Positions 19,763 through 30,448 of a stretch of 64,000 nt of DNA are shown in pieces. Below the pieces are notes generated by a model. The model searched no databases and was not told where the DNA came from. It saw nothing but the letters and a program-made list of their open reading frames with translations. Made by a program: the position numbers and the translations under genes. Each line of letters opens with the position of its first letter. Positions within the stretch are counted from its first letter, which is position 1. Source of the DNA: an uncultured Planctomycetaceae bacterium (GTDB taxonomy: Bacteria > Planctomycetota > Planctomycetia > Planctomycetales > Planctomycetaceae); the NCBI GenBank assembly GCA_963976765.1, contig CAXBME010000001.1:124001-188000 (forward strand), written 5' to 3'.

Positions 19763-20950
19763 CTATTTTTTGAGCGGGCCGGTGTCGACACATTCGAAGT
19801 CTCGACCGTTCACTCGTTTCAGTGTGGCGAGTTCGTCGTTCTGCCAGCGAGAGTCCGGGACGCCGGAAATGAACCAGTTGCTGCCGTTATCGGCAAGCAG
19901 CATTCCGTATTTCTTCAAAGCGGTCAGGACCACTTTGGCGCTTGGCGGAAAGTTTGAGATGTCATAGTCGGCCCGAAGCCTCATTCGCAGTCCCATTGGC
20001 GGCAGAGTGGGATCGGTGTGTCGACTCGCGAAGTGACGTGCCGGGTGAATGTAGGCTCGCTGAGTTCGCTCAACAGTGAACCGCAGCGCGTGTCGAATTT
20101 CTCCCTTCATGACCTCGTCGTAGCGGACCAGTCCGGGGAAGATGGGCAGCCCCGCTGCATCTGCCGATGTCCACCCGTCGGGGCGCAGCTTGTCTGAGCT
20201 GAGATCAAAGATGGCTCCTGAACCGGCTCGCCATCCGAAGATCGGATCGGGAATCGCCTGAAAGAGTTCGTAGAGCAGTTTCTTCTTTGGATCGATCATA
20301 ATGATGTGTCGGTCGCTTTCGTACGACGCGTCCGGGCCGCCTTCAATCGGGACACCATTGGGAATCGGGTACGGTCCCGGATCACTCTCGTCGTCATATT
20401 CGAATTCGACGGCGACCTTCGGTTGGTCAGAGGCAACCACGACGTAGGGAATGCCGATCGGCGAGCCTCGCCACATTGTTCCGAAATCGGGATGAAGATG
20501 GTCGGACAGACCAATCGACCGCACCCAGGTGCTCGACATTCGGTGTACCGGCAGGTCAGAGATGTCCCGGTTCCAGTCGTTACTGGCGGTGAAGATTTCG
20601 ACGTTCCCGAGGTCTGTTTTCAGAACAGGGACCGACCTGTCTGGTTTAGATGTTGCTGACTTTCGGCTTGAGTTTCGCGACTTTCCGTGTTCGTTTGCCG
20701 GTTCATTCGCCGACAACGCGAACCCGTTTCGTACTTCGGTCGGTTGCCGAGTCATGCTCAGCGATGAAACATCGTGGGGAGTAGAAGCAGAATTGTCTGG
20801 TGACACAGGGACGGCACGAACTGAATGTTCGGCGGAAGCTGACGTCAAAACCGAAGACTCCGATTTTCCGAATGAGTCGGCGATTGTGCCCAGAAAAAAG
20901 GATGTGACTGCCACCAGCAGGTACAGAGGCGGATGTTTGGATGGCTTCAT
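19763..20950 (-). CDS. Secreted hypothetical protein with a conserved-looking C-terminal domain
   Basis: N-terminal hydrophobic segment and Ser-rich linker, then WNRDISDLPVH, GIPYVVV, YDDESDPGPYPIP, SDRH, WTSADAAGLPIFPGLVRYDEV, HALRFT, KYGMLLADNG. Confidence 0.75.
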   Translation of the reverse strand: MKPSKHPPLYLLVAVTSFFLGTIADSFGKSESSVLTSASAEHSVRAVPVSPDNSASTPHDVSSLSMTRQPTEVRNGFALSANEPANEHGKSRNSSRKSATSKPDRSVPVLKTDLGNVEIFTASNDWNRDISDLPVHRMSSTWVRSIGLSDHLHPDFGTMWRGSPIGIPYVVVASDQPKVAVEFEYDDESDPGPYPIPNGVPIEGGPDASYESDRHIIMIDPKKKLLYELFQAIPDPIFGWRAGSGAIFDLSSDKLRPDGWTSADAAGLPIFPGLVRYDEVMKGEIRHALRFTVERTQRAYIHPARHFASRHTDPTLPPMGLRMRLRADYDISNFPPSAKVVLTALKKYGMLLADNGSNWFISGVPDSRWQNDELATLKRVNGRDFECVDTGPLKK

Positions 20951-21293
20951 GATCGATCGGTCCTCGATTGACGGCGTCGTTGGCTGAAACGCCGAATTTG
21001 TTCTGACATATCCTGGTATGCGTTGTGGATTCCTGTTGAGCGGTGGGGATGTGTTAAAAGATAGCTCCCGAGGACTACACGTCTGGAAGTTGAGACACGA
21101 ACGTCCGCATTCCTTCTGATACTCTGCGACGAGCACGGGTTTGTCGCGTGAAAACGACAGCGAATCCCTGCTAGAGTAGCCTCTTCATTCCGCGTCGGAT
21201 TATTCATACGCGTCGGTCGGGTCTTCTCAATCATTTCTTTGTTGTCGGAGCAGTCCAGGCTCGCGGCAGTTATTGCGTTTCGGAGAGTTCTTC

Positions 21294-23072
21294 ATGCCAG
21301 TGAAAGTTCGGTGCGAATGCGGAGCGGGTATTTCAGCTCCCGATGCTGCTCGCGGAAAAGTCATCAAGTGCCGGAAATGTGGCCAGCCAGTTCGCGTCCC
21401 TAAAGGCAAAGCAAGCGGTGACGGTCAGACGCCCCGACGTAAGAAAGCGGCTGCTCCCCGCCCGTCAGTCGACGATGAGGATTTCTTTGCCGCGATCGAC
21501 CTGGAACGTGGCGAGGATCTGGATGTACGCATCTGCCCGAAGTGTGCAACGGAAGTCGACGAAGAGGACATCGAGTGTCCTGCCTGTGGTGTGAATCTCG
21601 ACACGGGGATGCTGAGTGCTAAACAGAAAAAGAAGCGGAAGAATAAAGGCCCCGACCCGGACGACTATCCCAAAGTCGTCTGGAAGGACTCGATGGCGTT
21701 CCTGAAAAAGAACATGTCGCTGGCCATTCGGTTGAGTCTGACATTCAGCGCGTATCTGACGCTGTTTCTGGCGACTCTTTACATGGCCACGGTGTATTGC
21801 ATTCCCGAGGATCCGACGAACCCTGATACGCCGGTCAAAATTCCTGTGCTGGTCTTCTGGGGGTTTCTGTCGACGTTGAGCGGTGCCGCATCAATGGGCT
21901 GCTTCTGGCAACTGTTCACGCTGATTACCAAAGCAACAATGGAGGGCAGAGATTCGCTTGATCGATTCAACTTTGATTTCTTCGTCGGCGTCGCGTTGGG
22001 GATCAAGTTGCTGTTCTGGCCTCTCGCCTTGTTGTGGCCAATTCACGTGGCGACGATCAGCATTCTGGCGTTCTTTACGGAAGGTGTTATGGATGCGGCT
22101 ACTGGCGACGAAGGCTCTCTCGCAGCGGCGATGTCGGTGCTCGCAGCGTCACTGGTCTGCATGATTGTGACCGGTGTGATGTACATTCTCCCGACGTGGA
22201 CTTTGCCCGTTGCGCTCTCTCACATGTCGGCAAAGTTCACGTACAAGGCTTACATCCCGTATTACATGTTCCAGTACGGTTTTCGATCGATGAAGGGTGT
22301 TTGCGTCTGGTGGCTCGTGGCTCTTTGCGCCCTGTTACCCGCGCTGGCCATTCTGGTCCCGTCCGGAATCTTTGCAGAGTCGATTTTCAATGGCTTTGGA
22401 GATTTGCTCACCAAACTGATCGGTCTGTGCGGCATTGAGACGGAACCCGAAAAACGAGGGTTCATGTACGACATGATGGCTGCTGTCCTCGGGCTGCCGA
22501 CGATGGCGTTGATCGTGTTTATCATTTCGCAGCTTGTTGCCTACCCGGCTGTTTTCATGATGCGGGCGACGGGGCTGTTTTCGTTCTACAACCAGCGGGA
22601 ACTTGGACTGGGCGAGCGACGCAAAGATAATGTGCCCGCTGACTTCTGGGTGCGATATCTTGCTTACACGATCGACTATTTCCTGCTCGGCGTCTTTACA
22701 GGGATCAAGACGTTGATGACTCTCGGGATGATCGCCACGGTCGAATACCTTGAGATGGAGGGCATGGTCGCGACGCTCAATCAGGTGGACGCCTTGCTCA
22801 ATATCCTGATTGTGGTGATGTATTACGTGTTCACTGAAGGGACGGCGATGCGAGGCACGCTTGGGAAAACGGCGCTGGGCCTTGTCGTGACGGACCTCGA
22901 AGGTAATTCACCGATCACGAAAGGTCAGGCGTTCAGCCGGCTCATCTTCCGTAACATCGGCGCTTCCGTGTTAAGTATTGGTCTGTTGATGTGCATCTGG
23001 GATCCTGAACAGCAAACCTGGCACGACAAGATCTCAAAGACGCGGGTCATGTGGGCGAAGATTGTGACCTGA
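21294..23072 (+). CDS. Zn-ribbon + multi-TM + RDD-domain membrane protein
   Basis: CECG...CRKCG and CPKC...CPACG zinc ribbons; RDD motifs FWVRYLAYTID, TLGKTALGL, QTWHDKISKTRV. Confidence 0.82.
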   Translation: MPVKVRCECGAGISAPDAARGKVIKCRKCGQPVRVPKGKASGDGQTPRRKKAAAPRPSVDDEDFFAAIDLERGEDLDVRICPKCATEVDEEDIECPACGVNLDTGMLSAKQKKKRKNKGPDPDDYPKVVWKDSMAFLKKNMSLAIRLSLTFSAYLTLFLATLYMATVYCIPEDPTNPDTPVKIPVLVFWGFLSTLSGAASMGCFWQLFTLITKATMEGRDSLDRFNFDFFVGVALGIKLLFWPLALLWPIHVATISILAFFTEGVMDAATGDEGSLAAAMSVLAASLVCMIVTGVMYILPTWTLPVALSHMSAKFTYKAYIPYYMFQYGFRSMKGVCVWWLVALCALLPALAILVPSGIFAESIFNGFGDLLTKLIGLCGIETEPEKRGFMYDMMAAVLGLPTMALIVFIISQLVAYPAVFMMRATGLFSFYNQRELGLGERRKDNVPADFWVRYLAYTIDYFLLGVFTGIKTLMTLGMIATVEYLEMEGMVATLNQVDALLNILIVVMYYVFTEGTAMRGTLGKTALGLVVTDLEGNSPITKGQAFSRLIFRNIGASVLSIGLLMCIWDPEQQTWHDKISKTRVMWAKIVT

Positions 23073-23074
23073 CA

Positions 23075-23096
23075 GCCTGTTTACACGGTCACAGGC
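23075..23096. terminator. Short hairpin between convergent RDD and NtrC-type genes
   Basis: GCCTGT (23075-23080) ... ACAGGC (23091-23096); no clear U-tract. Confidence 0.3.
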
Positions 23097-23151
23097 ACAG
23101 TCCGTCCGCATCTCGGAAAGATGTTGTTTGGGCCGGTTTCTCGGCTCGACA

Positions 23152-24579
23152 TTACAGCCCGTACTCTTTGATCTTTCGATAGAGGGTGCGTTCGCCGATC
23201 GCGAGCAGGCGAGCGGCTTCGTGGCGGTTGCCGTTGGTCAGCTCAAGCGTTTTCACGATGTAATGACGTTCGATGTCAGCCATGGTGCGACCGATCAGGG
23301 CGTCGGCCCCGTCGCCCGTCGACAGCCCACCGGTCTGCAGGATTCCGCTGTCTTCCGAGTCGCCGCCGATGGCGGGAATGTCCTCGGGCAGGTCGTCAAC
23401 GTCGAGAACGCCATCTGAATCCTGGACGAACATGCTTTCCATCACGTTCCGAAGCTGGCGGATATTTCCGGGCCAGTCGCACGCGGTGAGAGACTGTCGT
23501 GCGGCTCGTGATACCGTTGGCTTGTCTCGCTTGTAGCTTTCAGAAAGATCGTCCAGAAACCGGTCGATCAGCAGGGGGATGTCCATCTTCCGCTCGCGCA
23601 TCGGCGGCAGCATGATCGACGTCACTTTCAGCCGATAATAGAGATCTTCGCGGAACTTGCCTTCTTTGATCAGCTCTTCGAGATCCGCGTTGGTGGCGGC
23701 AACGAGCCGAACGTTGATTTCCAGTTCTTCGTTTGAGCCGACCCTGGAAATCTTCCGGCTTTCCAGAACGCGCAGCAGTTTGATCTGAGTGTCGACCGGC
23801 ATCTCGCCAACCTCGTCCAGAAACAGGGTGCCTCCGTTGGCGTATTCGAACTTCCCGATTCGCCGATCAACCGCTCCGGTGAACGAGCCCGGTTCGTGTC
23901 CGAAGAGTTCGCTTTCCAGAATGCTCTCTGGCAACGCGGAAATATTCAAAGGGACGAACGGTTTGTTTTTGCGATCGCTGTTCTGATGAAGAGCTCGGGC
24001 GACGAGTTCTTTGCCGGTGCCACTTTCTCCCAGAATCAGCACTGACGCTCCCGTCGGAGCAACCTGTCGCAGCCGATCGATGACTCGTTTCATCGCCGGG
24101 CTGTTGCCGATGACACCTTCAAAGCCAAACCGCTCGTCGAGTCTTCGCGACAGCTCCGCATTTTTTCGCAACAGACGAATTCGAGTTGATGCTCGCTCGA
24201 CCGCTTGCCGCAGCTCGCTGATGTCGACCGGTTTGGTGAGGTACATCGATGCGCCAGCTTGACCAGCGGCCAGGGCTGACTGATAGGAAAAGTGGCCGGT
24301 CAGCAGAATGACTTCGGCATCGGGCAGTTCTTCCTTGGTTTTCTGCAGGATTCCCAGGCCGTCCACGTCGTCCATTTTCAGGTCGGTGATGACGACGTCG
24401 AATTCCTGGCTCTCGATCAGCTGCACGCCACGTTCGCCGGAATTTGCAATCACGCAGTCGTAGCCCACTCGTTCGAGGCTTTCCGCAACGGCCTGCGCGT
24501 GCGGCTCGTCGTCGTCCACAATGAGTACGTGGACCGGGACGGTGGGTAAATCGCTGGTGTCCTTCCTGGTGGCTGCCAT
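23152..24579 (-). CDS. Sigma-54-dependent NtrC/AtoC-type response regulator (REC-AAA+-Fis HTH)
   Basis: [76 protein letters not shown]. Confidence 0.93.
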   Translation of the reverse strand: MAATRKDTSDLPTVPVHVLIVDDDEPHAQAVAESLERVGYDCVIANSGERGVQLIESQEFDVVITDLKMDDVDGLGILQKTKEELPDAEVILLTGHFSYQSALAAGQAGASMYLTKPVDISELRQAVERASTRIRLLRKNAELSRRLDERFGFEGVIGNSPAMKRVIDRLRQVAPTGASVLILGESGTGKELVARALHQNSDRKNKPFVPLNISALPESILESELFGHEPGSFTGAVDRRIGKFEYANGGTLFLDEVGEMPVDTQIKLLRVLESRKISRVGSNEELEINVRLVAATNADLEELIKEGKFREDLYYRLKVTSIMLPPMRERKMDIPLLIDRFLDDLSESYKRDKPTVSRAARQSLTACDWPGNIRQLRNVMESMFVQDSDGVLDVDDLPEDIPAIGGDSEDSGILQTGGLSTGDGADALIGRTMADIERHYIVKTLELTNGNRHEAARLLAIGERTLYRKIKEYGL

Positions 24580-24794
24580 TCGACTTTCGGTTGTCAATAT
24601 CTGGAGGGTTGTAGGGGCAGGAGAAACGAAAGCATGCTTCGAGCGTGGAAGATTCTGACCGTGACAGTAGCATGTTCGGGTATACGACTTTGGATTTCCA
24701 GACAGTCCACAGCGTTTCTCAGCCGGCGAAGAATGCCTGGGAAACCTGACGTCTGGCTGGCTCGGACTGAAAGAACGGTAAAGGCAGGAAAACA

Positions 24795-25883
24795 ATGAGC
24801 GATTCCGTCGTCAATATGTTCAGCGATACGGTCACAAAGCCGACTCCGGGCATGCTTGAAGCCATGATGACGGCGGAAGTCGGCGACGACATGGGGGGCG
24901 AGGATCCGACCGTTAACCGCCTTGAGAAAATGGTTGCCGAACTGCTGAATAAGGAAGCAGCCGTTTTTGCCTGTTCCGGCACGCAGTCCAATCAGATGGG
25001 AATACGGTCTCACTGCTTCCCTGGCGATGAACTGCTGATCGAAGAGCAGGGACACATTGCGAAATTCGAAGGCGGAGCGCCGGCTGCCATTAGCGGCATC
25101 ACGACGCGAACGATCCGAGGTCGGTTCGGAATGCTCGATGTCGCCGATCTGGAAGGAAAGGTTTACGTCGACAACCAGCACCTCGCTGTGACGAAGCTGC
25201 TTTGCTGCGAAAATACGACGAATGGCGGCGGCGGTCGAGCGTGGCCGGTCGAGCAGCTTCAGCGAGTTTGCAGTTGGGCTCACGACGTCGGCCTGAAGAC
25301 GCATCTTGACGGGGCGCGGCTTTTTAACGCGGTCACTACATCCAACGTGCATGTCCGAGAAATCTGTGACGGGTTCGACACGGTTTCCATCTGCTTCTCG
25401 AAGGGGCTGGGATGCCCGATGGGATCGATTCTTGTCGGTTCGGCGGAAGCGATTAAGCGGGCTCGTCGGATTCGAAAGATGATGGGCGGCGCGCTGCGTC
25501 AAGTGGGGATCATCGCCGGAGGCGCCATCTACGCTCTCGAAAACCACGTCGAGCGACTGGCGGACGACCATGCCAATGCCCGAACGTTTGCCGAAGCGAT
25601 CGCGAAAATCGACGGAATCAACGTCGACCTGGCAGGCGTCGAGTCGAACCTCGTTTTCTTCGACGTGAATCGTGAAATCGGTGACGCCAGCCAGCTTTCA
25701 GCCGCACTCCGCGAGCGGGGTGTCCGGATTGGCGCGATGGGGCCTCAAACGCTGCGAGCCTGCACGCATCTGGACGTTGATGCTGTGGGAGTTCAGCGAG
25801 CTGCCGCCGCCGTTGCCGACTGCATAAAGACGGGAGTCCAGCAGTTTGCGGCCGCAAAGTTCGGTCCGTTCTTCCGGGCCTGA
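24795..25883 (+). CDS. ltaE: Low-specificity L-threonine aldolase
   Basis: [46 protein letters not shown] (PLP Lys). Confidence 0.9.
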   Translation: MSDSVVNMFSDTVTKPTPGMLEAMMTAEVGDDMGGEDPTVNRLEKMVAELLNKEAAVFACSGTQSNQMGIRSHCFPGDELLIEEQGHIAKFEGGAPAAISGITTRTIRGRFGMLDVADLEGKVYVDNQHLAVTKLLCCENTTNGGGGRAWPVEQLQRVCSWAHDVGLKTHLDGARLFNAVTTSNVHVREICDGFDTVSICFSKGLGCPMGSILVGSAEAIKRARRIRKMMGGALRQVGIIAGGAIYALENHVERLADDHANARTFAEAIAKIDGINVDLAGVESNLVFFDVNREIGDASQLSAALRERGVRIGAMGPQTLRACTHLDVDAVGVQRAAAAVADCIKTGVQQFAAAKFGPFFRA

Positions 25884-25951
25884 CCAGGTCGCAGACTTGT
25901 TCCCGGCTGCCGTTCACACAAGGTCAGGAACGATTGATGTTTGGCTGTCAG

Positions 25952-28147
25952 CTACCGGGTCAGACGGTCAAGCAGGTCACGGAGACTGCGATTTTCGGGG
26001 GCGATTGCGATCGCGCGACGTATGACCGTGGCGGCATCTGCCACGTTTCCCTGTTGTTCGAGGACCAGCGCCGTTCCAATCAGTCCGGAGATGCAATTCG
26101 GGTCGATGGACAAAGCGTCTTCGAATTTTTTGGACGCATGCGCGTTCCTGCCCGAATCAATCAGCAGGAATCCCAGTTCTGCATGACGTTCGGGCGAGTC
26201 GGGTTGCAGATGAAGGGCTGCTTCAAACTCCTTCACGGCGGCAGGCAGATTCCCCTGAGCGATCCGTACGAGTCCAAGGTTCTTATGAACATCCGGCTGC
26301 TTCGGTTCCAGGGAAAGCGATTTCCCGTAGGCGGCAGCAGCATCGTCCAGCTGATTGAGTTCCCGGCACGCATTCCCCAGATTGAACCAGGACGGAACGC
26401 TGGATGAATTGATCCTTACAGCGCGCGCGAAGCAGTCACGTGCTTTTGTTGGCTCACCATTCAGACTGAATACGTTACCGAGTCCGTCCAGAGCCTTGAC
26501 GTTTTGCGGAGCAACCCGCAGCGCCGCCTCAAAGTGTGTACGAGCGGCGGAAAGGTCGTTTCGCCGCAGTGCCGCGAATCCTGCCATGGATTGCGCTTCT
26601 GAATCACCCGGCAACTGTTCGATCGCCATTTGAGCCAGGCGATCACTGTCGTCGGTCTTTCCCGCCCAGCTCAGGACTTTGGCCAGATTCCGAAGCGCCA
26701 CGGCATGCTTGACCGGATCGATCTGTGACTGAACCTGATTGGCAACGTCGTCGAATGATTGGTCGGTCCAAGCTGGCTGCGGTCTTGCAATTTTCGAATC
26801 AACGAGAGCATCGCAAAGCAATTTTGCTAGTAACCGATGTCCGGCAATCGTTGGGTGAACGTGATCGAGAAACCAGTCGCTTCCCGGAATTCCATGCTCG
26901 GAAACTTCGACCATTTGTTCGGAAAAGTCGACGAGTGGAAGTCGACGTCGGCCTGCTGTTTCTCGAACAATCTCCACAATCTGGTTGCGGGCACGCAGCG
27001 GGCAGACGTCTTCTTCCAGAGCGCGTTGGAATGCCCGTTTGGCTCCGTCCTCGTCACCGGTCGACAGCAGAATCCGACCGAGCAGATACCAGGCGGCTGC
27101 ATACCGGGCGTCAATTTTCAACGCCTGCGTCACATGGTCGAGTGCGAGTTTCTCTTCGTGATTGTCAAAAGCCTGGGTGGCAGATTTCAAGTATTGGGTA
27201 AACGTTCGCAGCTGCTCACCGGTCAGTCCGTCGTCGTGTTCACTCTTGAAGGGTTCACAGTCCCTCAGACTTGAAGCGGGAGTGACGAGTATGACTTTGG
27301 CACCGGAAGCCTCAGCCATCCTGATGATCAGCTCAAGACTTTGCCGGAACTGAGCGGCCACCTCACGATACCAGACTTCATCCCGTCGATAAGCACCAGG
27401 GCCAATGGATCGGTCCAGAATGGCATCGACTTCGTCAGGCAAAGCTGTCGAGTCAGTGGTTCTCGTTCTGCTATTGGAGGTTGCTATCCGATGCGCCAAG
27501 GAGAACGTTCTCGAATGAGCCAGCCAACCACCGAGAGTTCGAACAGACTCGTGTGTCTGAATCAATGACGCATAGGTCAGGTCTTCGAGAAACTCATTAT
27601 GACCGGTGTAAATGACAAAGACGTCCGGTTCGTAATTGACCAGCTCACGCAGCAGCAGGGCAATGCGAACGCTGCCGTAGCTGATGCCGCCAGCGTTGAC
27701 GACTTCCCATTGACGATCGGGATCCAGCTTCGACAAGGCGGCTCGCAGGAAGCCGGAAAAAGAGGTCTGGTCATCGTACGGTCGCCCGTACGTTGTCGAT
27801 CCACCCAGACAGAAAATGCGGCATCCGTCGGCAGGTTTCTTCGCGGAAAATGACTGCCGGTTGAACAGGGCGAGCCGATTATCGGCTGTCACCAGATTCG
27901 GATTTTCTGACGAAGTCGTCTGCGGGATGAATAATGGAAATCGACTACTGAATCCCGCAAACGGATCAGTTTCGCTGGCTACCGGTGCGATACCTGCCAG
28001 GAACAGCGCAGTCTCCATGATTGTGAAAAACAGAACACAGACGACCGAGCCGTAGCAGAGCTTCCGTTTCCGTGAGAGTGTCGGTCGAGGCGCCTGCTGC
28101 GTTGATTGACCAGGTTCGTGTGTTTTGCCGACCGGGTGGTTGCTCAT
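25952..28147 (-). CDS. Membrane-anchored SGNH/GDSL hydrolase-like protein with TPR repeats
   Basis: TM segment; blocks LGGSTTYG, NAGGISYG, YTGHNEF, DHVHPT; TPRs inside and after the hydrolase domain. Confidence 0.8.
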   Translation of the reverse strand: MSNHPVGKTHEPGQSTQQAPRPTLSRKRKLCYGSVVCVLFFTIMETALFLAGIAPVASETDPFAGFSSRFPLFIPQTTSSENPNLVTADNRLALFNRQSFSAKKPADGCRIFCLGGSTTYGRPYDDQTSFSGFLRAALSKLDPDRQWEVVNAGGISYGSVRIALLLRELVNYEPDVFVIYTGHNEFLEDLTYASLIQTHESVRTLGGWLAHSRTFSLAHRIATSNSRTRTTDSTALPDEVDAILDRSIGPGAYRRDEVWYREVAAQFRQSLELIIRMAEASGAKVILVTPASSLRDCEPFKSEHDDGLTGEQLRTFTQYLKSATQAFDNHEEKLALDHVTQALKIDARYAAAWYLLGRILLSTGDEDGAKRAFQRALEEDVCPLRARNQIVEIVRETAGRRRLPLVDFSEQMVEVSEHGIPGSDWFLDHVHPTIAGHRLLAKLLCDALVDSKIARPQPAWTDQSFDDVANQVQSQIDPVKHAVALRNLAKVLSWAGKTDDSDRLAQMAIEQLPGDSEAQSMAGFAALRRNDLSAARTHFEAALRVAPQNVKALDGLGNVFSLNGEPTKARDCFARAVRINSSSVPSWFNLGNACRELNQLDDAAAAYGKSLSLEPKQPDVHKNLGLVRIAQGNLPAAVKEFEAALHLQPDSPERHAELGFLLIDSGRNAHASKKFEDALSIDPNCISGLIGTALVLEQQGNVADAATVIRRAIAIAPENRSLRDLLDRLTR

Positions 28148-28349
28148 ACCTGGCTCCTGCCCCGGATCGTAAACAAGTCTGACGGACAGCCATGCAACCA
28201 GCGACTCGTGGAAAACCGGCAAAACTTAGTGCCGAAACTTCCCATTGGTCAGGCATCACGAATTACGGCAGATCTGCGATCTGACAAAGAAATTCATACA
28301 GGCGACCTGAACGAGGTCGCCTGTCGAATCTTCGGAGAAGAGGTCGGTT

Positions 28350-28829
28350 CTATCGTTCCCCCGAACCGGCATCTGCAGCTCCAGCAAGCTTATTTGATGC
28401 AGAAAGCTCAATCGGCAGATTCTCACTGCCGCCTTCTGGAATTGTGATTCTCGTCTGATACATGACGGAACCCGATCCCGTTTCCATAGCGTCTCCGGGT
28501 TCTGACTGGCTTGTTACCGCAGCCGTGTTTTCACCGGGGCGATAGATGCTGACTTCAAAAACGTATTCACCAGCTGCTGGTTCTGTTCCAGCAACAAACG
28601 TGAACTTTCCGTTTTCGATCGGCGCGCTAACGTTTGGACGGTTAGTTCCCTTAGTGTCATTGGACATGTCGGCTGTGCCTACCAGGCTTCCCGCAATGTT
28701 CGAATCCCCATCGACAGTTACTGTTCCGGAGACAGGCACGCGACTAAATCCTTCTCCGCCACACCCGGCCAGACTACAGACAGGGAGCAGGAATGACAGA
28801 AGTAGTCTTAACGCAAATTTCAGATTCAT
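28350..28829 (-). CDS. Small lipoprotein (carboxypeptidase-regulatory-like beta domain), typical DUF1559 partner
   Basis: Lipobox SLAGC; VPVSGTVTVDG...IENGKF...AGEYVFEV. Lies downstream of the DUF1559 gene. Confidence 0.75.
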   Translation of the reverse strand: MNLKFALRLLLSFLLPVCSLAGCGGEGFSRVPVSGTVTVDGDSNIAGSLVGTADMSNDTKGTNRPNVSAPIENGKFTFVAGTEPAAGEYVFEVSIYRPGENTAAVTSQSEPGDAMETGSGSVMYQTRITIPEGGSENLPIELSASNKLAGAADAGSGER

Positions 28830-29043
28830 TTCAGTTTTCCAGCCAACAAAAAAGCAGTTATTTGATGAAAAGCACCGTTGCCACTGGTGTGGCAACGGTC
28901 TTGCACGAGATCTGACAATCAGACAATTCGGGAATACAGTTAGACCATTTTCATGGTTTCTGTGCAGGAGTCGGCACCCGGAATACTCATTCTTTCCTTG
29001 GTAACCATCCTGCAGAACATTGAAAACGAATTCTGAAAGTGCT

Positions 29044-30054
29044 CTAGAAGTCCCCAAGCGTGTTACCGTCGTCCTTGTGAGCCAGGCGGCGGTAGGTTGT
29101 CAGGTCAATGTTTTCACCAAGGAACAGAACGGCGCCGTCAGCAAGAACAAAGTGCGCGCCGCCAGCATGGTTCGAACTGAAGGTCATCTTGATATCCCAC
29201 AGGTTATTGCATGCCTGAGCGGAGTCGACGTTGATACCGTTACCGGCAATGCCCAGCGCCGAACCACCACCGCGGTTTTCCATGGTCAGCTGGTTCGAGG
29301 CACCCGAGACATAAAGTGTGGCAGCCCCAGCCACCTGCTTGACGTTGCAGCGTCCGTTTTGAGTTTCCCAGGCTTTTTCGCCAACCATCAGGACGTTGGA
29401 TTGACCATCGGTGATGTCTCGAAATTGTGTGCTGCTGTCGTTAAATAACAGGCCGGAGCAGTTCCGGGCGTCGTGAGTCAGTACTCGACCGTTTCCTTCG
29501 TTGTCGTCAGCGACTGCTGCATAGCTGGCGCGAGCGACGTCGTACACTGTGCCATTGAGAGCCCTGGCACGGTATTCACCGTTCTGTGTGATATTCAGGC
29601 CGGTGCTTGTCGGGCAGAGAAAGGCTGGCAATGGCTGTGCAATAACCGTCTGTACGGATGCAATATTCATTGCCTCGGCTGCAAACATTTCACCAATTTT
29701 AATCTCAGCGTACGCGCCTGCCTGATCCATGTACGGAAGAATGTAGGCGCTCCAGGCCCATTGCGCATTATTGCGTACGTTACTGCCTTTGTGCTGATAA
29801 GCGGTCCCGGAAATACTGGTACCAAGACCATAGTCATTGGTGAAGCCCATCGGCAGAACCGAAAACGTGTCAACGTAGTTGTGCATGGCGATCCCAATCT
29901 GCTTCAGATTGGCCTTGCATTGGCTGCGTCGTGCAGCCTCGCGAGCCTGCTGCACCGCCGGCAACAGTAGAGCCACAAGGATCGCGATGATCGCAATCAC
30001 TACCAGCAGCTCAATAAGCGTGAAACCACGCTTCCGTCGTGAAAGTTTTGTCAT
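29044..30054 (-). CDS. DUF1559 (SBP_bac_10) protein with prepilin-type N-terminal methylation motif
   Basis: [73 protein letters not shown] (H-x9-DG). Confidence 0.95.
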   Translation of the reverse strand: MTKLSRRKRGFTLIELLVVIAIIAILVALLLPAVQQAREAARRSQCKANLKQIGIAMHNYVDTFSVLPMGFTNDYGLGTSISGTAYQHKGSNVRNNAQWAWSAYILPYMDQAGAYAEIKIGEMFAAEAMNIASVQTVIAQPLPAFLCPTSTGLNITQNGEYRARALNGTVYDVARASYAAVADDNEGNGRVLTHDARNCSGLLFNDSSTQFRDITDGQSNVLMVGEKAWETQNGRCNVKQVAGAATLYVSGASNQLTMENRGGGSALGIAGNGINVDSAQACNNLWDIKMTFSSNHAGGAHFVLADGAVLFLGENIDLTTYRRLAHKDDGNTLGDF

Positions 30055-30448
30055 TCAGTTGTTCTCCCCCAAAAATTTAAACATGCAAAAGTGAAAACGG
30101 ATGCGGCGTCGTCCCTGAAAAATTCCGCACACCGTCGTAAAGCTGGAATCAGTGGATCTGGCCAGGTGCGAAAGAATCCACAGAATACGAGCGGCAAAAA
30201 GCACAAAACGACTGCAGAATCCATACCGGCGATTTGAAACAGGGTTCTGAGTCTCTTGAAGACCGCTCAATCAGCACTCAAGAACGGTCTTGTGTGGCTA
30301 TTTCGCGGGGACGTGTATCAGAAGCGGGCGGGAAAAAGAAGCATCTGCCCGGGTACATACACGTCTGAAAACGCCGCTGCCATGCGGCGTTGGACGTGAG
30401 TCCTCATTTCTGACTTGATTCGATCCTTAAACAACACCAGCGTCAGGT

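Noticed and set aside
23152..24579. GSFTGA instead of GAFTGA in the enhancer-binding protein
   Set aside because: This is a common functional variant and not evidence of sigma54 independence.
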